Assembly (NCBI RefSeq): GCF_022539665.2
Contig: NC_081332.1
Coordinates: 1,426,001-1,490,000 of the forward strand
Source of the DNA: Daphnia carinata
Taxonomy: Eukaryota
DNA length: 64,000 bases
Direction: 5' to 3'
The translations under genes and the position numbers were made by a program. Shown here one piece after another: positions 55,600 through 64,000 of this stretch; within the stretch, counting starts at the first letter, position 1, and every line of letters starts with the position of its first letter. The notes beneath the pieces are model-generated. The model saw nothing but the letters and a program-made list of their open reading frames with translations. It was not told the DNA's origin and did not search any database.

Positions 55600-57890
55600 A
55601 TATTATTTACAAACTTATTTCCTGATAGCGGTATGTTAAACTCTTCTTCTTCATTAATAAGGATCAGACTTTCACCCTTTCCTGCCGGTTAACTTGTGGA
55701 ACAAACCACCGTTCAGGAAAAAAAGGCTCACTACCTGTAAAATCAAAGAGCACCATGGGACCAATGTAAAGATGGTTAGGAAGGAAAAGCTAAAAGAGAT
55801 ATTTCACTTACCTTTTCAAACCCTTTCCTCCACGGTTTATAAGTTTTGCCAACCATTTAAAACTTGCACACATCACTTCCAGATGCCCTACCTGACTAAA
55901 AGCAGCCCCCAACAGAATGCAGAAACAGACGAGCAGTAACGCACCGTCGACGGCCGAGCAGACGACGTTCACACACGAGGAAAAAACTCCAGTAGCGAAT
56001 TCTTGGAATAAAAATCTGCGCTTAACAAGCAACATTAATTCCATGGGACTAACCAGAATGCAACAATCAGAAGTTTAAAATGTCAGCTTGCATTTTGACG
56101 AAACCATGGATTATATTAACTCCACCAATTTGTCGTAGCCATAAACGCGGTACAGGAGAAAACGCGAAACATGCTTCGTATAAAAAGAACTAGCATTAGA
56201 AAATTGTCGTATAACCAAAACTAGAAACAATCATAAACTTACTTGATTGATGTAGAGGCACAATTTGCACAAAGCAATGTCACCCAATCTGTCTATCCTA
56301 CGTAACCTAGAACAAGATGGTAACATTATGCACAGCCACTCAGACTTCACAACATCAATGCTCAATGAATACAGACCAATTTCATTGATAATCTCCAACA
56401 TCCATTGAACCCACAACCAGCCGTGTAAATCCTAATGAAAAGGAAATGTTTAATCTATACGCTTAAGCTTAAACACAAACCAACATTAAAACATGCGAAT
56501 CCCCTCAGACGCAGAGCAGTAAATTTGGCTTTCGACAGACTAGTCTGAATTGAGTTTTGCAGTTAACCAAAGCATCCCGCAACCCGCACATTAGACTCAA
56601 AAAGCAAGCCATAGAAGCAGTTCCAATCGTACGTGGAAGTCAACGCCTAGTCCGTTGGAACGAACATCATGGGCCTAATAACGCTCCAGTCGAAATCTTT
56701 CTATTCCCCTACACCTTCATGAAAAGGCCGCCCGGCTAGAGCGTACAGCTCTACATCAAGAGCAAAGCCATATCTCAGACCTTCCCGAGAGTATCTAAAA
56801 CAAGCAACAAGTGCCCCGTTTGTAACCCCCAGATACGGGATTGCCGGAAGCCAATTAAAGCAGAGCGGAAACTCATCACAGGGGCAAGAACACATCAACA
56901 AAAGAATACTAACCTAAAATCACATGGCGTCGCTAAAATGAGACCACCTATTTCAAAGAAACTGCAGAGCAGCCATATCCGTACGCAGCATAAGTGTTCG
57001 CCATGACTAGCTCAAGTCCCCCTTACAATCCAATAGCCAAAGCAAATTCAACTTATCTTGCACGGTCACATGTAACACCTGTAATATGGAAAACAGAATG
57101 AGTGGTGGGGAGCAGCTATTAAAGTAAAGTACCTAAGAAACAAACCACAGTCATTAGAATCATACTATCATTTTTAAAAAAGGCTCCCACCAATCAAAGC
57201 GCACAATGAATGAAGAATCAAAAGGACCCACATGTACACGGAATTGCCAGTTACAGCTGTAAAGAAAAAATGTGTTAAGAACCAAAACCCATGGTTGTGA
57301 AAATGATTTAAATCATAAAAATCAGCTTAGACACAGACTATTCATGTAACCAAGAAACGTAAACTGAGTCAGACATCTTAACACACCTTTAACGGGACAT
57401 GCAGCAGCCATTGCCTTTCCTAAACAATTGCACATACAGTAATTGATTTGTCACAAGTTACCAGATTTCACACCACAGCACAGCCATTCCAAACACAGGT
57501 CAAGGTACTTCGGCCCACACTTGGTAAAAGATACTCAGGATAGAGCTTTCGCATATCCTACCTGTAGATAAAATCAAGATATCCTTAGTAACGATCAAGC
57601 ATTCCATAAACTTTCAACATTTAATCAATCCATTTCAGAGTCATGCATGTCTAATATTTTGATTGACTTCATAATGCAGCAGTGTGCAAATCAGACAAAA
57701 TTGCTCATCACTATATAAAACCAAACTAAATGAAACAGAATACTTACCATGATCCAAGTCTAATTTTCATGTTAATGCAGCAGGCTTCGTAAGCTAACAA
57801 GTAACGAGTATTACAGAAAAACTCAGGATTCAACACAAAACTTACGACTACAAAACCTATTGGCGAACGGAATTCGACTACAATGGCTGC
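55600..57890 (-). ncRNA. Putative multi-exon transcript without a long ORF (lncRNA, snoRNA host or decayed gene); boundaries approximate
   Basis: Minus-strand TATTTAAG at ~57906-57913, GTAAGT donors at 57845, 57747 and ~55810, and pyrimidine-rich YAG acceptors at 57562, ~57257, ~57079 and ~55735. No recognisable protein. Confidence 0.35.
57630..57716 (-). ncRNA. Candidate intronic box C/D snoRNA
   Basis: Box C GTGATGA 57711-57705, D' CTGA 57694-57691, box D CTGA 57638-57635 (77 nt span). Lies within a GT(57747)-AG(57562) intron and has a guide-like TTAGACATGCATG complementary to the conserved 18S rRNA 5' sequence CATGCATGTCTAA. Confidence 0.45.
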
Positions 57891-58277
57891 ATTTCTGCAC
57901 CACATCTTAAATAGGCTGCTGTGGAGGGATGGGAAGAAACACGTGCAAAGCTAAGGGCAAAGAGCCTCAAGCGGAAACAAGGACGTTGCCAAACGAACGA
58001 ATTGTCGTAGAGAAAAGTAGTTTTCTTTTGATTTGTTAAATTTTAATTAATATCACATATTTCTGCTATAAAAGATTTTATTTTTAAATACATATACTTC
58101 TTTACTCTCATAAATTCCAAGACTTATCCGGAATTATAAATTTTAAAATTTACATCTGACTTATTCAGGGGATGTGACAATTCCACAGACCAGAAACAAA
58201 GGATAAAAACTTTTTTAGTTTAAAATAAAAAGCTAAAGAAAATTTATTTTGTAACCTTAATAGGACGTCATTTACAC

Positions 58278-59206
58278 TTACATGTACACTTGATTACAAA
58301 ATTCAGAAGGATAATACGAATAATATGACATATTGGAATAATTGTAAGGATCTTCTTGGTACACACTGGTTGTGTTCTGCATAGTGTTTGCAGACGATGG
58401 GCAGAAAGGAGGAGCATATTCCCAGTTGTTCCAGAAAGAATACCCTTGCTCTTGTTGATGGCTAGGTTGATATCCAGAAGAATAGTCAATCGCTTCAGCT
58501 TGAGGGTTCACCTCCTGATAATAACTTGTGCAACTGGTCGATTCGCTGTTCGGCTGAAATTGTCCGGTGTTTGCTGATGAATCGTTCGCCAAGTAGTCAG
58601 TCGGATGTTCTCCCAAGGTTTGAGTTAATGGATATCCCCCAGACGTTGGCAGGCAGTTGGATGAGGTATCTACAAAATTAAAAAGCAAAATATTTAACAA
58701 AAGAAAACATTGATAATTTAGAAAAAATAAATACCTTGTTGAACTTGATGAAAGTGGGTGTACGGAGATGGTCGACGCTGTTGACGGGTTGTTTCGTAAG
58801 ATTGTGATGTCACACCAGATTCAAATCCTCTTTGACGGATACGTCGTCGACGATTTTGAAACCACCACTGCAAACAATAAACAAAACAAGTATTGGTTAA
58901 TGGTAATGAAACAACCAATACAAACAATGATTGCTCACCATAATAGATTTTTCTGACACACCAATCAGCAAAGCAATACGACGACGGCTTTCTCGATTGG
59001 GAAACGAATCTCTTGCGAACTCAGCGTCGAGTACAGCCAGTTGAGCTTCGTCGTAAAAATGGCGTTGACGAGTTGATCTCGAAGATTTTGAAATGGAAGA
59101 GACTGGGAAAAAATCTAGAATGAGAAGGAAAACTCTGTTAACAAAAGACATTTGGGTAAAATTTAAAAACTAAGATAAGCAAAGTAACATTACCATAGTT
59201 AGCCAT
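58278..59206 (-). CDS. Divergent Q50 PRD-class-like homeobox protein, 4 coding exons, 237 aa
   Basis: Exons 59206-59194, 59114-58939, 58867-58735, 58669-58278 (714 nt, GT-AG, phases 1/0/1). Homeodomain STRQRHFYDEAQLAVLDAEFARDSFPNRESRRRIALLIGVSEKSIM|WWFQNRRRRIRQRG, with the intron between HD codons 46 and 47. S/Y/Q/P-rich C-terminus. The 13-nt first exon is the least certain part. Confidence 0.88.
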
Positions 59207-59356
59207 AGTTAAGAGTACTTTTAGCACTTAAAACTAGATGTCAATTAGAACTGAAAACCCACAGATTCACGGAACACTTACCTTAAAGGAAGTAGAGAGC
59301 TGTGTAGTTGGCAGAGAGCAAAAGTGGAATGATGACTTCGATGGAAAGAGTACGTC

Positions 59357-59630
59357 CTTTTATGGAGGACATAACATTCTGGTGTAGCTTCTTCCTCATT
59401 CGTTGAAAAGAACGGAAATCCTTTCAAAGGCTTCCGTCCGCCACGTCCATAAGAAAAAGGATTATCCCTTTTCAGTCTGCGCCGGCGGATTAAAGGATTA
59501 GCCAACTGGGTAGTGTTCGTCCTCTGTGGCAGACGGAGTTCCCTTTGAGGAGATCATCCTCGTACTGCTGGATAATCCGCTGGTGGATAATCCGTTCGGA
59601 AGTACACAAACGCCTGGTTTCTTCGACATG
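59357..59630 (-). promoter_or_regulatory. Homeobox gene promoter: TATA-like CATAAAAG plus five TAATCC sites (module copy A)
   Basis: CATAAAAG at 59364-59357 precedes a non-coding exon ending at a GTAAGT donor (59281). GGATTA at 59459, 59487, 59495; TAATCC at 59573, 59588. Confidence 0.6.
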
Positions 59631-60545
59631 TGCTTTCTGTGAAATGAGAAGGGAAACTGAAGGTTATTGCATGGTAGAATTCTGGCTTGAGGAAAAGCGC
59701 AAGGCTCTTTGATGAGATCATCCTTTTCTCAATCGTTGTAAGATGATCTGGCCGGAAGCATACAAACACTACGACCAATCTACTCAGCTGGAACTACGCA
59801 ACAATTTCGTGTTGCACTGCTCGGCAAAAATGATTCCTTTGATGATTTGGATAACTTCTTCTCATAGCCGAATTAATGACTGCAAAGAACGATATGTTAA
59901 TTAGATATTTACGAAATTTGCCGCTGCGCGTACATCGACGTCCAATTATCCCACTATTACCTACTGATAAACAAAAGCAGGCACTTCAGACAACGTTGAA
60001 ATTTTGTTCCTTGGATCATTGGGTGACCTTGTCCTAAATTTCTTCAGTTTTACATCTCTCTCCAACAATAAACGGAATGAAAGGCATGGACAAGATAAAC
60101 GTTCATCTATAAATGGCCTGGGAACGAAAGTTTAAACGTTGGGTATATTAGAAGGCTGCAAACATTTCAAACTATAAAAAAACTATTATTACAGTAAATT
60201 TTGATATGTCCGTTATTCCGCTCTGTTACCTTCAGCGCCGTGATAGGCAATGAGATTAAGAAATTTTCCTTTCCCGTAAACGTGATACAGCAAAGAACAC
60301 GCAGCAGACCGACAAATGGAAAGTGTCGGAGAAAAATCGTGATCTAAAAGGAAAAAGATTAACGAGGTAGAAAAGGGTGACAATGACATCAAATCATCCG
60401 TGCTCTGAAAATGTATAAACAACTAAGAGGAAAGGACCCCGCCCAGCTTTACGATGTCAAAATTTATGGTTCTCTGTCTAACCACGCGAATAATACGTCC
60501 ACCACAATTTTCAGGCTTACTATACTTTGCGAGATATGCCTTTCG

Positions 60546-60581
60546 TATAAAAGGACATCCAATCCCATAATGTCATCAGTT
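60546..60581 (+). promoter_or_regulatory. TATA box and arthropod initiator of the cuticle protein gene
   Basis: TATAAAA at 60546-60552 and TCAGTT at 60576-60581, canonical ~30 nt spacing. Confidence 0.75.
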
Positions 60582-60609
60582 GTACAGCAACCCAAACAAG
60601 CGATTCAAC

Positions 60610-61219
60610 ATGAAGGTAAACTTACCCCAATGGATTAAATGTTAACAATTTTCCTTTAGACAAACGCTAAAAACATTTATATTTATTATTTAAAAGGTCT
60701 TACTCATTCTCGCTGTTGCCGTTGTAGCCTCAGATGCAATTGACTATCCGAAATCAGCTTACTCTACACCAGGTTACCCGACCTATGGCAAATATAACGA
60801 TTATGTAAGTAAAATCATTTCTTTCATTTTTTTTTTTTTAAGAATCACTTTGGTAGTTACGTTACTTACATTATGCGCAATTTTGACATTTTGTGGACTA
60901 AATGGAATTCAAGTCACCAATGCCCTACAATTTCGCCTGGGCCGTCAAGGATGACTACTTTTATAACGATTACGCCCATCGGGAATCAAGCGATGACAAA
61001 GGGTACGTTTCCGGTTCTTATCGGACTTTGCTCCCGGACGGACGCACTCAGACTGTCACCTACAAGGCAAACGATTATACGGGTTACGTCGCTGACGTAA
61101 AATACGATAGAGAAGCCAAATACTATGAATACAAGCCCGCTGTTTATCCATACCAAACTTATTCTTACCCAACATATCAACCAGCCTATCCTTCTCCCTC
61201 CTATCGTGCAAGATATTAA
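60610..61219 (+). CDS. Cuticular protein with Rebers-Riddiford chitin-binding domain (RR-2/pro-resilin-like), 3 exons, 139 aa
   Basis: Exons 60610-60615 (MK), 60697-60804, 60914-61219. Signal peptide MKVLLILAVAVVASDA. R&R consensus PMPYNFAWAVKDD...GYVSGSYRTLLPDGRTQTVTYKANDYTGYVADVKY. Tyr/Pro-rich tail and AATAAA at 61283. Confidence 0.93.
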
Positions 61220-61518
61220 CCTTGCATCTTATTTCCAAATGATTGCTATAATTTAAAATTGAAGAAAATATTAAAACAAAAGAATAAACATTTTTTAAAC
61301 TGGCATACCTGTCATCAATATTCAGTAAAGCAGTTCTCATGAAAGCAAATAGACATGGAACCAAATCAGCAGAAAATTGAATTTCGTAAATAACTAACAT
61401 GAAAACTTACTAAATGCAATTGGTGATCAATTATCTCCTCCTCCAAAAACTGGAACACGTCATTAAGACAATCGCTGAGTCATCGACTGACTCAGGTACA
61501 CGTCCATGAAGGTCTGAC

Positions 61519-61749
61519 CTTCCTCACCGGTCGTAAAAATGAGATACGACAACAAAGAGACCAGCGCCGTGGCCTCTCTAGGAAGACGATTATCCTTCTC
61601 TTTTGAATTGCGTCGGCGGATTAGAGGATTACTTGGCTTAGACTCTGGTTGCATGCGGAAGGGTCTGTGACACAACAGTCTGAACCTTAATCCATCGCGG
61701 ATAATCCATTCGGAAATACTCAAACGCCAGGCAAATGCGACATCTGGTA
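61519..61749. promoter_or_regulatory. Diverged direct copy (B) of the TAATCC-rich module
   Basis: Shares blocks in the same order with 59391-59630. GGATTA at 61618, 61626; TAATCC at 61688, 61702. Confidence 0.7.
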
Positions 61750-63379
61750 TCTATAAAAAGGAGTGTAGGATGAACTCATGAAAAAAAAAATGAAATAAAT
61801 AAATAAAACAATCTTGGAATATCGTATTGAAGTTCACTGTTTTTACGACGTATACTTGGCAAACTAAACTTATTATTGATAAAAATTTACCAGAATACTA
61901 GTATCAAACAAGGCTAGGAGATGAGACAGGAATTGTTTCGATTGTTGTGTCTGACAGCAAATAAGCTTGCCTGTCCTTCTTTGGCATTCCCTGAAAAGAA
62001 ATTATGGATGTGACTTAGAACAAATGAATGCTGTAATTTAAAGTTAAAGCAAGAGAAACCAAAGGAATAAAACATTTAAAAAAACTGAGTACCTTGTCTC
62101 AATGTCCAGTTACGCAGTACCTATGACATAAATGCACAATGTAATGAAATAAATGAAATGCAATCTATAGGGACGACATGATAAAAAATAATATCACTGA
62201 GTAATAAAAAATGAAGATCTGCACTAAGAAAATATTACAATTGGTTTTGATAGTGAACAGCATTTGTATGATTCGGCATAGCTTTGGATTTTGTCAAAAG
62301 CCTGGCAAAGTTACATCATGTAATTTGCCTGAACATTACTGATATGTAAATGGGTGTAACCGTAAATTAAGTAGCCACTGCCCTATTTTTAATGATGATG
62401 GTTTTTAACGTTTTATAAAAACTAGAGTTTCCTTTTATGCTTGACTGCATTTATCTGCTAGATTTTATGCGAGGTTTTTGGGGATTACATGAATAGTTAC
62501 GACAACGATCTTGCAAGCTGTCTTAGAAGCAATCATTTCATATTTTTTCATGAAGTGATTAAATGCAAATGGTAATTCCAACGAAACCTGGAATTTCAGT
62601 TTTCCACGTGTTGTGTTGAAGCAGACGACAATACGAAATGATGACGGTCATGCCGCCGCCTGGTGGTAAGATTGCTCGCTACCCAAGCATTATTGAAATA
62701 TCAAGACTGCTTTTACATAGTTAAGGGGGCGGACGGCCCCCGTAGGAGTAGCTGAGTCTCTCTCTGCTCCTACAAGAAGATGAAGGATAAGGATCCAGCC
62801 GAACGAGAGACTTGGTAAGTATAGTAATGAAAAAAGAAAAGTGAAACTTGAGTAGGAAGAAAGTCGGTTTTGGGAGTTGCCACCCCCCGCTAAACAAGTA
62901 AATTTGACGTGAGTCCTGGTTGCAATCCCGATAGTTTCGATCTACCCACGAGGTAGAGTAAACGATTAGGGTTGTACGAAGGTTCACGTAAATGGTCAGG
63001 TGGGGCTTTCTTCTGCTAACAATTGGGGAAGCAAACCGAATTTGCCCAATTTACTTAGGTTTTCACAATTTCTATGTGTACTATGCGTCCATCTGCAAGT
63101 ACCTTCCATTCTTTGAGGAACTAACTTCCGCCTCGGTCTACGGGCCAAAAAGGAGCACGGGCATGGCCATTGGGGGCAGTTCCCAATGGCGCTCAACCGT
63201 GAACGATTTTAAGATCTAAAACAAAACAAAAATTCGTTTTGCATTATAGTTCAGTCATGCAATTAACATTATATTCATTTGATCTTTGATCAAAAACCAA
63301 ACTTTAGTTTCGTTTTGATCAATGACCTATTACAACTCAAGAAAGAGGGGGAAAAAGCACAATAGGATATAATTTCATA

Positions 63380-64000
63380 TCAAATGATCATGTAATGCAA
63401 ATTGAAATTCGGCGTGCGTGATCGTCGACCCTCTTGTTCACCGAAGACTGCCAGCGAGCAGCGCTGATCATCCATTCGTTTCGATTGGGATTGACTGATC
63501 AAATTAAAAAAGAATTCCTCTTCGTCCTCAACTTCGTTTGCCTGTCGGGTAGAAATTGGGTGGCGTATTAGCAAACAAACTTTGCCTCTTTCGTCACTTG
63601 TCATCATAAAAATTATCAGAAGAAATCATGGTGACACTTTTTAGCAGAAAGTTAGCTACTTTTTCATTGGAATGATGCATTTTTTTTGGAACGGGAGCAA
63701 GTCTCCTAGGAGAATGGGGCGGACGTGAGCTGGTCACTGAACACAACAATTGATGTTCTTCTTGGATGACTAAAGGTATTTCCGTTGGACTGGGCAAACG
63801 GGCTTTGGACACGTCCACGGCGGGATATAATATCGTTTTGATGGCTGCATCGGCTAGAGGTGACGCAACTGGAACCAGTCCTATCTGATAGCTGTTATTT
63901 TCGTTGGAACACCAGCGTGCCTCTTCTGAGAATCCATGAAACGCTTTGCTAATCATCCCTTGTCTTTCTTTGCCAGATGAAATGGCCGGAAAAATGGGCA
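63380..64000 (-). CDS. 3' part of a GoLoco (G-protein regulatory) motif protein; runs off the right edge
   Basis: DEEEFFFNLISQSQSKRMDDQRCSL (63526-63452) fits the GoLoco consensus FFxLLxxxQxxRMDDQR. The upstream frame (63594 to window end) is open but offset; the junction is unresolved. Confidence 0.7.

Noticed and set aside
61463..61750. Protein-coding paralogy between ORFs 61463-61723 and 59278-59505 (shared NPLIRRR)
   Set aside because: Frames do not stay aligned between the copies and copy A overlaps a promoter; similarity is better explained by DNA motifs, though not fully excluded.
62725..62741. GC hairpin GGGGGCGGACGGCCCCC as a Helitron 3' end
   Set aside because: No properly spaced CTRR terminus on either strand.

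Overview
This is AT-rich animal genomic DNA with short GT-AG introns (about 60-190 nt). The gene content (R&R cuticle protein, ATD-less ionotropic receptor, vvl-type POU3 gene) indicates an arthropod, most likely a branchiopod such as Daphnia; that assignment is inference, not a database result. Positions 1-46 kb are a homopolymer/microsatellite-rich gene desert around one intronless class III POU gene (vvl/Cf1a/drifter ortholog, 18704-20503, minus). The right ~18 kb is denser. It holds a 9-exon divergent ionotropic receptor (46247-48360, minus) and a ~4.8 kb element bounded by ~830-bp inverted repeats (49663-54491), which carries three tRNA-like units, a 23-bp minisatellite and inward-facing spliced-looking cargo. 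Next come a putative spliced non-coding transcript with an intronic box C/D snoRNA candidate (~57.7 kb) and a highly divergent Q50 PRD-like homeobox gene (58278-59206, minus) that the ORF track splits into pieces. A duplicated TAATCC-rich module (59.4-59.6 kb and 61.5-61.75 kb) flanks a cuticular protein gene (60610-61219, plus). The 3' end of a GoLoco-motif gene lies at the right edge. Most ORFs in the track are low-complexity artefacts of poly(A/T) and (CA)n tracts. All exon structures and counts were read by hand.
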